Positions 26,000 through 37,516 of a stretch of 64,000 nt of DNA are shown here, piece by piece. This stretch comes from Octopus bimaculoides (taxonomy: Eukaryota). Below the pieces are notes generated by a model. It was not told the DNA's origin, searched no databases, and was given only the letters and a program-made list of their open reading frames with translations. Made by a program: the position numbers and the translations under genes. The number at the start of each line of letters is the position of its first letter. Position 1 is the first letter of the stretch. The stretch covers positions 51,246,900 to 51,310,899 of the forward strand of contig NC_068987.1 in assembly GCF_001194135.2 (NCBI RefSeq), read 5' to 3'.

Positions 26000-27080
26000 T
26001 TGTTACGAACGAACCACGCGGAGTACCTCAACGAAGAGAAAACTCGCGTGCGCGACCGTCGACGCTCAGTGAGTCAGGATGTTCACCATGACCAAGCCCA
26101 GCCGTAGCACGTAACGATGACAACAGAAAGGAGGAAGAAATAACACGGACCATACGTTGCGTAGTGAAACTAACTTTTTTTTTCATCATCAAAACAAAAC
26201 AACATTGCATAACAATAATTCATTGTACTTGCTTCTGTAATAGTACATGTAACAATAGTTTCCATGCTTTTAACAAAGGTTTTCAATCATTACATAATCA
26301 ACAGTTTACAATCAAAGTTCGCGTCTCAAAAGTCAATTAAAAGTTCTTTTTGCTTCTTTTGCTTTCCTTCACAAAAACATGTAACAACAAAGTTCTCTCT
26401 TTTCTTTTCTTTTCTTTTCAACCAGTTAACATCACAATTAACAAGAGTTAACGAAGTTCTTTTTCTTTTAAAACATGTAACAATAAAGTACATTTTTCTT
26501 TAAAAATATATACACAAACCTTTACCGTAACCAATTCAAATCTCCCACTACAATCGACCAGAACTGACCAAGGCAGTCTACTACAATCTGCCACTCACTT
26601 TTGCCTGCCACAACAGTTCCTTCTCTCTCATTGACTCTATCCATTTCGGTCACTGATACCTTGTGTCAATAGCCTCTCTGTCTTAGCCTCTTTCTGTCAG
26701 CCTCTCTGTTCATCTTGCTTCTCTTCACTCACTGCTGGCTGTCACACATTCGTTATTCACTGCCTGATCGCTTGTACATCGACTGCCCTGTCCATCTGGC
26801 TGCTGTGTTTACATCAACTCCGTTTACACCAACTGCGATTCCCAAATCTATGCTCCCGTATTTATAACAGATACCGTACCCAAAAGTGCTATGTTACCCC
26901 CTCCAAAGCTGGGTCAGTTTAGTACAGTTCCTAACTTGTTTTTCTAAACTTTCGATGACCGGAAAGGGTCAGCGATCACACTCCTACGCTATAAATAGCT
27001 GTGCTTGTTGACAGGACAAAGGAAATACCATTGTCGTCAACAACTAGAAACGGTTTCAAACTCAGGTCGGGGAATAGGGA
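26000..27080. mobile_element. LTR-like repeat starting TGTTACGAAC, running into a gap
   Basis: TG start directly after a (TG)n tract, internal TATA-like boxes and no ORF. The other terminus is lost in the gap. Confidence 0.35.
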
Positions 27081-27436
27081 NNNNNNNNNNNNNNNNNNNN
27101 NNNNNNNNNNNNNNNNNNNNNNNNNNNNNNNNNNNNNNNNNNNNNNNNNNNNNNNNNNNNNNNNNNNNNNNNNNNNNNNNNNNNNNNNNNNNNNNNNNNN
27201 NNNNNNNNNNNNNNNNNNNNNNNNNNNNNNNNNNNNNNNNNNNNNNNNNNNNNNNNNNNNNNNNNNNNNNNNNNNNNNNNNNNNNNNNNNNNNNNNNNNN
27301 NNNNNNNNNNNNNNNNNNNNNNNNNNNNNNNNNNNNNNNNNNNNNNNNNNNNNNNNNNNNNNNNNNNNNNNNNNNNNNNNNNNNNNNNNNNNNNNNNNNN
27401 NNNNNNNNNNNNNNNNNNNNTATATATTGCTTAAAT

Positions 27437-28363
27437 CAAAGGTCACATTAACATATCTACGCGCTAGAAATAAGAGTTAAAATCCTCATTTAGACTACCC
27501 AAAAATATTTACACTGAAAATAACAGATTCAAACTGTACACTGGCGAGTGTACCGAAAAACAATCTCTCACCTACCTGCATAGCATAAATCTATATATTT
27601 AATACAACAAGTATATATGTGGACGTGTTTCTGATTTCAAACAAAGATCTTACTTTCTTCAGTACATCTAAACCCTTTCGAACCTCTTCCGAATCCGCCA
27701 TGTTGAAATCTGTCGGCGTCCTTAATTGTTTAACGCCAAATTGTGGACAGCCTCGGGACGTAAATATCGAATCAGCAGCAAAGAATATTCAGAGACGAAT
27801 ACTTATGTATGTATTAATATTGTTATTATTACCGAAGGCAACACACATAGTTTATAATAACAACAATATTAATATAGGTGGTTGCAGGCCTAAATCAGCA
27901 TTATATTGCTATAGAATTAAAATTACATTAACCAAAGGGAACATTAAAGTATCTACATGCTAGCAATAAGAGTTAAAACCCTCATTTGGACCACCAAAAA
28001 TTATCTTTGTATCAAACCAGAAACCGGTCTGCATATATACCTGTTCCATTAAATGTATAGCTTTATGCTATATAGGTACGTGCGAGATTATTTCAGTTCG
28101 CTCGCCACTATACAGTTTGAATCTATTATTTTCAATGTAAATATATTTTTGTGGTCCAAATGAGGGTTTTAACTCTTATTTCTAGCAGATAGACACGTCA
28201 ATGTGTCCTCTGGTTAATTTAATTTTAATTCTAAAGCTATATAATGGTGATTTAGGCTTGCAACCACCTATATTAATATTGTTATAAATATATTTGTATT
28301 GCCCTCGATAACGATAACAATATTAATATCTATATAAATATTCACTTCTGAATATTTTTGTTG

Positions 28364-28368
<5 letters not shown>
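27437..28368. repeat. Cluster of three copies of one repeat: 27437-27603 (+), 27771-28000 (+), 28048-28368 (-)
   Basis: All share GCTAG(A/C)AATAAGAGTTAAAA(C/T)CCTCATTT; the minus copy pairs with both plus copies. Confidence 0.85.
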
Positions 28369-28412
<44 letters not shown>

Positions 28413-28539
28413 CTGTTCTGTCCTTTTCTGCATGTTATACCAAAACTTTGCTGCTTACTTGCTTATGACAGTCCATGAAAGGTGATGACGACGTCGATCC
28501 AAGACAGTCATAATTCTCCGCCTCCAGCACATGTTTTCA

Positions 28540-28880
28540 TGTGAGCTGATGTGGCTGACAAGTCCGATACGAGATTGGTTGATGATGACGAGTCCTCATC
28601 GCTTCATGAATTCTCCTGTATGCAGAGAGGAGGAGGCGTTTCAAAGCCCTACACTCCAGTATATTTCATGGATCTCAAGTTTCGATCTCGATGAAGAGAA
28701 CCATGTTTGAGAGTCGGTTAACTGGCATCCAAATTACAGGGCCAACCCAGCGAAGAATATGGCGAAGAATGCAGACGTGGACGCTGTAAATCACAGCCCT
28801 CAGGAAATTTACGGTGTGAGGTACCTTGTACTTTCCCGCAAAACCGCAGATAATTTGGGGGAATCTAATATGGAATGATT
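28540..28880 (+). pseudogene. Highly degenerate AP-endonuclease-like coding remnant
   Basis: ADVADKSDTRLVDDD...QRGGGV...AVNHSPQ...DNLGESNME aligns loosely with the APE motifs ETxL, RGGGV, YxSP and LGDFN. Confidence 0.35.
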
Positions 28881-29013
28881 GTCTTATTTGTTGCCAGTAA
28901 ATGGTCGAGTACTCAGACCCGTACAGATAGCTCGATAAAGGGAAATTTTTGTACTTGCTCTCAGGTTTTGTTCTGAAAGACGTCTCCGCAGAATCCCCCG
29001 ACATATACAAAGC

Positions 29014-29053
29014 CTAATTTATCTCCACCGACATTGCGGTGGAGATAAATTAG
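29014..29053. other. Perfect 17-bp stem / 6-nt loop hairpin
   Basis: CTAATTTATCTCCACCG-ACATTG-CGGTGGAGATAAATTAG. Confidence 0.9.
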
Positions 29054-29099
29054 AAAACGCACGAAACACAGTTCCGATGTTTGTTTCGTTGCAATTCAT

Positions 29100-29402
29100 A
29101 ACTTCAAATGCCACTCCTGGCAAGAGGAGGGGTGTAGTTCAATGAAGCCCCAAACCGCCGGAAAAAACATTTTTTTCCAAAGGAAAAATTATAGGATTCC
29201 GTTCCTTTTTTCTGTTGTTCATCTCCAAAGGAACAACAGTTCAAATGCCACCCCCGCCAGAGGAAGGGGCGCTTCTCAGATACAGGGCCTGAAAACATCT
29301 GAATACATTTTTTTTCCAAAAGAAAATTGTAGTTCAAATGATAAATTCCTTGCAATAGGAACAGCAGTTCAAATTCCACTCTCGTTTTGGCGGGGATGGG
29401 GG
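29100..29402. repeat. Imperfect tandem repeat, about 130-137-bp unit, about 2.3 copies
   Basis: TTCAAATGCCAC-like motif at about 29103, 29240 and 29368; ACATTTTTTTCCAAA-like motif at about 29168 and 29305. Confidence 0.7.
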
Positions 29403-29679
29403 GAAGTTCAACAATGCCTACAAAGGCTAAATTTAAAAAATGCACTCTGTTGAAGTATCTAGTCGAATATACAAAATGGCTACAGAATTTTCACTATTCT
29501 ACGGAACACCAGGAAATAAAAATGTCCAACACAGCCTGCAAACAGGCAACAGTTCTCAATAACAATTTTCAACAATGAATTTTCAACAAAAGTTTACAAT
29601 AAATAACAATTTCAAAAATATAAAAAATGACAATTCAAACAGCGTAAAAAAAAAAAAATCACGACCGAAGTCTTCAACC
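29400..29679 (-). mobile_element. 5' UTR-like start of a further Tx1-like copy stacked behind the type B element
   Basis: Begins GGTT right after the duplicated target AAGAAGCTTGATTCC. Its TGTT-rich text resembles the 5' UTR at 16270-16375. Confidence 0.45.
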
Positions 29680-29694
29680 GGAATCAAGCTTCTT

Positions 29695-31332
29695 TATTTC
29701 ATGAAAATTGGCCATGCACAGAGGGAACATCACAAGGTGGAGACAAAAAGCAAACGAAAACGAATGGAATGAATGAAATTGTAAAATGAAAGATGAAATG
29801 AAGTCGCTCGGCCCCACCTCTGAACGACTTCATTGAACCTGTTACTACACCGTTTGTATTACCATTTGCAACCACAGTTTATACATCCTTTTCATTTAAC
29901 AACAGTTCATTGACAACAGTTAATCCATATCGTTTTTAAAAAATGTCTATATTATATTTCTTATGTCGACGTACCTTATGTCGACAAACGTCATTCTTTC
30001 CGCCATTTTGCAAATGTCAATTTTTTTCTTCCACCATTCGCAGTCACAAGATTCCATATACTTATTCAACTTCCACAGGTTCTCTGGTTCCGTCAGCACG
30101 TAATAATTGTTCTCGGGCAGACACCTTACGCCTGCTACATCCACTTTGACTACTCCGCCCCACGAATTTACCTCATTATCTAGTTCCTCATCCTGTCCAT
30201 TGTACGTCAATACATATTTTTCCTTAAAAGGGGGGGGGGGGGGGTAACATTGAGGCTCCTGTGTTTGCAATTGTTTTTTGTCAGACTGGGCACGGGGAGG
30301 GTTGGTGTATGTAGAGAGTAGCTGGGGTAGAGTGGGTGGGGGTGGGAGACATTCTTTACCATATGTGTCCTCTTCTTTTTCTTTTTTTTCTTCTCTGTTT
30401 TCTCCCAGCTGTCATTTGTCTCGTCTTCCTCGATGGTCATGTCCTTGTCCTCCACGGGCTCTGGAACACTTACCACTCTTTCACTCTCCTCAGCCTTTTC
30501 CAGTGGTGGAGGGCATTCCACTTTAATGTGGCCCTTCAAGTCATATCTATAACACCGCAGAACTCTTCCCTTCACTCTAACTTTCAAAATAGTTTCACCC
30601 ACTAAGATATTTTCTATCATTTTATTCAGGTCCTCCTCTGCGACCTATACCATCATTTCAAGGGTTTGTCCTTTCCAATTTCTTTGGGGCGTTCTGATGG
30701 ACTGCAGGATCACCTTCTCCTCTATGGCAGCCACTAGCCAGGCTACATTCATTTCTGGTGGTATGTCTTCCACCCGAACCTTCGAAGTACGTCTCCCAAG
30801 GTATACGGGTACAAGCACCACCTCGTCTGTCTTCAGCGGGGTGACCGAGTGCAGTCTGGCCGTTGCTATCTCCTTAAACTGCACCAGCACCTTCCATATT
30901 GTCGTCCCCTGGCAAGGTATATATCTCCTGCCAGACTGACCTCGGTGTCTTTTCCACCTATGGTTTCGACACCACTTCTATTTTCCTTGTTGCTGTAGCG
31001 TAGGTTCTATAGACAATCGTCCTTTCTACCTTGTCTTTTAATACTTTTGGGGGGAACACCTTCCCATCGTTACCCTCCCTTCCAAGCATTCCCTTAAACT
31101 CGCTCAACACTTCCAGACTCACTTCTTCAATGTTCTCTCTTTATGCTGCTGCATAATTCCTCTTCTCCATCTCTTTGTCTATCTTGTTTAAGTATTCAAC
31201 TTATTCCTCCTAAGACGAATCATATTCTAGGGAAGAATACCTCCATTATACAAGAGGAAAAACGTCGCTCCACCTGGAGAGCCCCCAAAATACGGGTGTA
31301 CCAAACAAACCCAATAAAGCAAACCATAACCT
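29695..31332 (-). mobile_element. Complete about 1.64-kb ORF1-only Tx1-like element (type B) with target-site duplication
   Basis: 5' end GGTT after a SINE2 head; ORF1; 3' UTR ending AATAAAG. Flanks are AAGGAGCTTGCTTC (5') and AAGAAGCTTGATTCC (3'). No EN or RT motifs. Confidence 0.8.
29947..31170 (-). pseudogene. Gag-like ORF1 (type B) with possible extra C-terminal domain
   Basis: MEKRNYAAA..., KVRVEDIPPEMNVAWLVAAI, RCYRYDLKGHIKVEC (degenerate CCHC), poly-K. A frameshift at the G-run 30229-30244 leads into KEKYVLTYNGQD...YYVLTEPENLWKL. Confidence 0.75.
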
Positions 31333-31367
31333 GAAGCAAGCTCCTTACCACACAACCACTCCTGCGC
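31333..31367 (-). mobile_element. SINE family 2 head truncated at the Tx1-like insertion
   Basis: GCGCAGGAGTGGTTGTGTGGTAAGGAGCTTGCTTC; the intact copy at 48311 continues CCAATCAC. Confidence 0.8.
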
Positions 31368-32594
31368 TTATGTGATTGTACACACACACACACACACACA
31401 CGCGTACGAATATATGTATTTACATTTATAGGGAGGCGCACACATATGCCTACCAACAAATACATATTATCGTTTTGATAGCGTTGTATGTGTCTCATCT
31501 TGATTTGTCTGGTCTAGCTGTCTGACTCTTACTTGTCACAAATTTTGTCCTTCTCATGTTGATCGCAGTATGACAGAATACATGGAGAGATGGGTATAAA
31601 TCTGATTAACGATATGACATATCTCCTGGAAACCTTAACGTTACTATGACGTACACCGTCTAGCACAAAATGCCAATGGAAAAGTGTAACGTTTTCAGAC
31701 TAATTGTATTGCTGCTGTTTGATGTGCCTGGTCACGTTTTCGTTGACTCAGTGAATTTTATCAATTAAATACACTATCAGATAACATTCAGCAATTTCCC
31801 CTTGCATTAGACAAGAAATGGAAATAAAATAAAATATAACAGCACTCGTGCGGACATAAATTTATATGAGCACATAATTATACAGAGATTTAGAAATATT
31901 CACATTTCTATACACGTATGGGAAAATTTATAAAACACAAAACAAACGTAATAAGATTGACTATCCTGCGATTTCCCAGGAGATTTCAATCACTTCATTT
32001 TCGTGTGCTAGAAGGCTGTTGTTACTGCAGCCATCATATCTATCTATCTATCTATCTATCTATCTTCTTTCCTTCATATTTTCTTTCTTTCTTTCTTCAT
32101 ATCTGTCTCTCTGTTTATCTACCTACCTTTCCATCCATTCATATATCTCTAGCTCTTTTTCGCTCTCCCCCCTCTCTCTCTCTCTATCTATCAATTTGTC
32201 TATGTATGTATGTATGTATGTATGTATGTATGTATCTATCTATCTATCTATCAGCTGTTTGTCGCGTCGACTCCCGTAAATTGAAGTAATTTTTCGGTTT
32301 CATTTATGTGTATCTGTATTTACCTCTGTTAAAAAGATACCTAGCAACCTTTGCGTGGCCCCGAGCGAGGCTTTCGCTTGAAAATTCACCCTTTAAGGGT
32401 AAATTTTCATATTTTAAAATCTTATTCTATATTTTTTCTTTCATCCGTCTGGAAAAATAGACAGTCCTCCTAAGACATGCCGCGTTCTCGTCCTTAAGTT
32501 AGAACTAGAATTTCCACCATTGCAAACAACGGAATCTTCGAGTAATAAACAAAATATTGATACACTGTCAACACACACACACACGCGCACACAC

Positions 32595-32631
<37 letters not shown>

Positions 32632-33267
32632 TACACACAGTCACTCACTCACTCACTCACTCACTCACTCACTCACTGTCACACACACGTATACACACAC
32701 TTTTGAACAACGACAACACCCATACTGACGCAAGCTTTTCTTCCGAAAAAGTGGGAAAGAAAGGCAGAAACAATGGAAACACTCATAAAACAATTAGCAG
32801 TGCAACCACGACTATCACCACCACTTCTCCTGTCACCACCACTATCACTTCTGTCAGGCAAACTGCTACCACCAACAACAATGTCACAGACAAACTAAAT
32901 CATTTTGCTTCTGTTTTAAAACAAACAAAAAAAATATTTTATGTCCTACTCCACGGAAGAACTTCTACAATGTAAACAATAAGTATACAATGAAGACAGA
33001 GCCATTAAACTGAATACCCCACAAAATATTTTGCAAGACATTTCTAAAAACACCACTATTTACAAAACCCCGAACACAAAAAATAATACAAGCCACTCAA
33101 GAAACAACTGAGAAATGTCTACAACCCATATGGGCTTTTAAAATACTATACACGACTATAAGTTATTAAAATTATTAAAGTCATATATAACATTACATTG
33201 CAAGAGGCAAAAGATTTGCCACGATCGAGGTAAGACTCGATACGGAAGAACGCGCAAAGGAGCACTC

Positions 33268-33377
33268 GATAAAAAGCCTGGAATGCAGGGAATTTATGAT
33301 TCCAACTTACCTCGGTCGTCGTGATAAAAAGCCTGGAATGCAGGGAATTTATGATTCCAACTTACCTCGGTCGTCGT
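33268..33377 (+). repeat. Perfect 55-bp tandem duplication inside ORF1
   Basis: GATAAAAAGCCTGGAATGCAGGGAATTTATGATTCCAACTTACCTCGGTCGTCGT repeated twice. Confidence 0.95.
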
Positions 33378-34149
33378 GTGATAAAGGTAAAAATTAAAGA
33401 TGTGATTTTGAAATAGAAGTAAGATGGATGGTGTCAGCCATCTGTTATGGTTTTGTAGGTCAAATCAACATCTTAGAAATTGCCCTCCTGGAACAGCAAA
33501 ATTGGATTGTTGATTCTGGCAAATCAGGACACAATCGAAAATGTCCCAGATTTGATTCAACTTCCAGGTGGCACAAACCTACATGTAGCCGTTGAAGGCA
33601 GAAGGCCATGATGCTACCTTAGTGGTAGCAGATACCATCTAAAAAAAAACTGCAAATTAGCAAAAGAAGAAGAAGGACAACAACAGCAAAACCAAAAACC
33701 ACACAGCCCACACTGCCAGCAACACAATTGATAAAGAAAATGAAAGAACTCCACCACCAAAGAAACCAACCCAACCAAACAACACCACCATCAGCGCCAC
33801 CAAGTACAGAAACAATATCATCACCAAAAACAACTACAGAAGCATCCAACCCAGAGGGAAAAAACTAACCTCCATCCCCAACAACCCATACATCGCATCC
33901 CAATAACCACCAATCAACATCAAGAACAGCAACAACATCAACACACTCACAAATCGATCCCAATACCCTTCCACTCCCTTCTGATTCCTCCGACATGTCG
34001 TTTGACGAAGGTGATATAGAAGAATGGCAAATGGCCACAAGGGGGAGAAGAAAAAGAGGAAAGAAATATAGCAGCCAAATCTTGACTCTAAACCACAATA
34101 AATGCTCATATTAGCACAAAGAGCGAAGACGAAGACAAAATAAACTAGC

Positions 34150-34572
34150 AAAAATTGTAGAGGCTGGATTGGGTCCCGTCTTCCGCGGTAGGATCGCTGT
34201 CTTATACAGCGGCATCCACTCGGTAGTTCGCGTAAATGGTCATGTATCCAGACCATTTAACCTCATGCGTTCGATCCGTCAAGGATGCCCCCACTCTTCA
34301 CTTCTGTACTTACTGACTCCAGAGCCAATACTGCAGAAGCTGGCGACGCTGAGGGGCATCACGCGAGAACGGGGATGCGGGAGGTGCGTGTCTGCATACG
34401 CGGATGACGTCACCGTCATAGTGTCGAGTCACAGGTATATCGTCCTGCGCGGCAAGACACTAAAAGAATACGAAGCGGTAACGGAAGCGAAAATTAATTC
34501 GGAAAAGTTAGTGGGTTTTAGGCTTGGCACCTGGAGAAGCAAGCCCATACTATCCAACAGCGTCTCCATCTA
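34150..34572 (+). pseudogene. L1/Tx1-type reverse transcriptase fragment
   Basis: LYSGIHSVVRVNGHVSRPF...SIRQGCP.S.LLY.L..EP.L, YADD at 34397-34408, GAKIN-like EAKINSEK. Confidence 0.85.
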
Positions 34573-34715
34573 GAGGGAAGTTTTGTCTCATAAAAATTTC
34601 AGTAAAAGGCGAGTGAATGTAGCAAAGATGTACACGTGAATAACGGAACTACTTTGAGCATGATCCTGTAAATCCAAGAGAGAGAAAGAAAGAGAGAGAG
34701 AGAGAGAAAGAGAGA

Positions 34716-34784
<69 letters not shown>

Positions 34785-35277
34785 CGCTTTCCTCTCATGT
34801 GTTTCTTCCCCGGCCTGACGTTACGGTGGTCTTTTTCGTAGGCTTTTCTTTCCACGGNNNNNNNNNNNNNNNNNNNNNNNNNNNNNNNNNNNNNNNNNNN
34901 NNNNNNNNNNNNNNNNNNNNNNNNNNNNNNNNNNNNNNNNNNNNNNNNNNNNNNNNNNNNNNNNNNNNNNNNNNNNNNNNNNNNNNNNNNNNNNNNNNNN
35001 NNNNNNNNNNNNNNNNNNNNNNNNNNNNNNNNNNNNNNNNNNNNNNNNNNNNNNNNNNNNNNNNNNNNNNNNNNNNNNNNNNNNNNNNNNNNNNNNNNNN
35101 NNNNNNNNNNNNNNNNNNNNNNNNNNNNNNNNNNNNNNNNNNNNNNNNNNNNNNNNNNNNNNNNNNNNNNNNNNNNNNNNNNNNNNNNNNNNNNNNNNNN
35201 NNNNNNNNNNNNNNNNNNNNNNNNNNNNNNNNNNNNNNNNNNNNNNNNNNNNNNNNNNNNNNNNNNNNNNATCCAGC

Positions 35278-35367
<90 letters not shown>

Positions 35368-35821
35368 CTCCTCCATTTACTACTTTGGTAGCTCTCTATC
35401 ACTCTCTTTCGAACTATCACTCTACATTATTTCTATTCAAATACCTCTCTATTTATTTATTTATTTATTTATTTATCCATTCATTCATTTATTTATTTAA
35501 GCGTAAGGTAAATAAATGATACCGCACTATAATAGCGATACGGAATAAACCTTCTCACGAACTGGAACTACATAAGGAGAAGAATTGTTTACGCCATTAA
35601 TGACCATTATTGACAATAATGAGGCTTTGGATGTTGGTTAGAGATGATGCTTAAATCACACGGTGAGATAATTTCAGTGCACAACAGAACATCAGATGCT
35701 GTTCCCATTCTAGCGTGGTAAGATATCGCTAACGTGAAAGAAGATTTCTTCTTTGAGATATACATGCACACATGCATATATATACATATATATATATACA
35801 TATACATGCATACATATATAC

Positions 35822-35856
<35 letters not shown>

Positions 35857-36564
35857 NNNNNNNNNNNNNNNNNNNNNNNNNNNNNNNNNNNNNNNNNNNN
35901 NNNNNNNNNNNNNNNNNNNNNNNNNNNNNNNNNNNNNNNNNNNNNNNNNNNNNNNNNNNNNNNNNNNNNNNNNNNNNNNNNNNNNNNNNNNNNNNNNNNN
36001 NNNNNNNNNNNNNNNNNNNNNNNNNNNNNNNNNNNNNNNNNNNNNNNNNNNNNNNNNNNNNNNNNNNNNNNNNNNNNNNNNNNNNNNNNNNNNNNNNNNN
36101 NNNNNNNNNNNNNNNNNNNNNNNNNNNNNNNNNNNNNNNNNNNNCAAATCTTGATCATATCTGGAAAAAAAAAATATTTAGTTACACCAGCATACACGCG
36201 TTTGTATGACAGGTAATGATTTTCTCATTTTCCCTTCGGATATACGGGTATATACATGGAGTTCTAAATACTGGTTATTTGTCATGCAATTCAAATTCTA
36301 AATGGTATTACAATCGTAATTTATAATTCTACAATATGTATACATGTCATTATTCAGTTTATTTCAAGATTTCTTGCCAATAGAGAAAGAACTGGTTTCT
36401 AACCTAGATCAAGGCTTCTTCTTTGGAATTTCAACATCAACATCAGAGTATTTTTCTATGTATGTATGTATATATGTATTATGTATGTATGTATGTATGC
36501 ATGTGCAGATTTGTGTGTTTTATATATTCTCATGCATATAATTGCATATCTAGACATGCTCATA

Positions 36565-37255
36565 TATATTTGAATGATAAACCTCTGGGAAGTTTTACAG
36601 ATTTTTACAGTTCCAGTGATGGATTGGATCTGTAGTCTTCGAATTAGCTTTCTCCTTTTGAGAAGCCTAATTTTTCAAGATTGGTATTTAGGCAGTGTGT
36701 TACATTTCCCAGGGTCCCAATAATTACAGGTATGAACCTGAACTCGTAATCTCGACAGAGCGACTGAGGATTTCTCAATAGTTCAGCATAGGTGTTCTCT
36801 TTTTCACTGATCTTCAGCTTTATGTCAACATCTGCTGAACAGCTAATTTCCACAATTGTGCACAGTTTCTTTTCTCATCCCAAATTATATCAGGTCTGTT
36901 GCGCTTACATTTTATTGAGGTCTTCAGTGGGATTTTGCACCAGTATAACTTATTATTATGAGTGCAATACCATATTGCTTGCTCTTATTTCTTTGTCCGT
37001 GGGATCATCCTTCCGGCGGATTTCCTTATGGAGTCTCTTAGCTACAACAATATGTCTCATTGGTAGATAAAACCGTGATGATATTTTCGGACAACTGCTT
37101 ATGATGTGGATGATATGTTCAGTGTGAACTCCACAAAATCCGCATCGGTTGTCACATTTTACTACTTTTACTGCATTTCTGTCCCTTTTGTGCATCAGGT
37201 ACTTGGTCGATACTTTCTCATCCTGGATTGCAAACGCACACCTTTCACAGTGAGA
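36565..37255 (-). mobile_element. R4/NeSL-type RLE retrotransposon 3' portion
   Basis: CGFCGVHTEHIIHIISSCPK (CCHC), RNRPDII.WD, EISCSADVDI..KI.EKE, FIPVIIGTLG, ITGTVKICKT. Confidence 0.85.
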
Positions 37256-37326
37256 GGTATGTATGTGTGTATGTATGTATGTATGTATTATGTATGTATG
37301 TATGTATGTATGTACGTATGTATGTG

Positions 37327-37516
37327 TGGAGGCGCAATGGCCCGGTGGTTAGGGCAACGGACTCGCGGTCATAGGATCGCGGTTTCGATTCCCAGACCGG
37401 GCGTTGTGAGTGTTTATTGAGCAAAAACACCTAAAGCTCCACGAGGCTCCGGCAGGGGATGGTGGCGAATCCTGTTGTACTCTTCCACAACAACTTTCTC
37501 TCACTCTTACTTCCTG
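37327..37516 (+). mobile_element. tRNA-derived SINE (distinct family), cut by a gap
   Basis: A-box TGGCCCGGTGGTTAGG and B-box GTTTCGATTCCC, followed by a non-tRNA body. Confidence 0.85.

Larger units (their letters stand above)
32255..34677 (+). mobile_element. Tx1/L1-clade element type C: ORF1, internal RT fragment and ORF2 C-terminus (internally deleted)
   Basis: ORF1 motifs NHFASVLK, RGKRFATIEVR, PTYLGRR, WMVSAI and VEGRRP*CYLSGSRYHLKKNC. RT follows at about 34150-34572, then RRVNVAKM at about 34610. The 5' boundary is approximate. Confidence 0.7.

Noticed and set aside
33268-33377. Direct repeats considered as CRISPR-like
   Set aside because: Two adjacent units with no spacer, in a eukaryotic retroelement; a simple tandem duplication.
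37327-37400. tRNA-like sequences (also 19280-19349 and the SINE1/SINE2 heads)
   Set aside because: A and B boxes are present, but they run into SINE bodies and I could not build a full cloverleaf with acceptor stem; not called tRNA genes.
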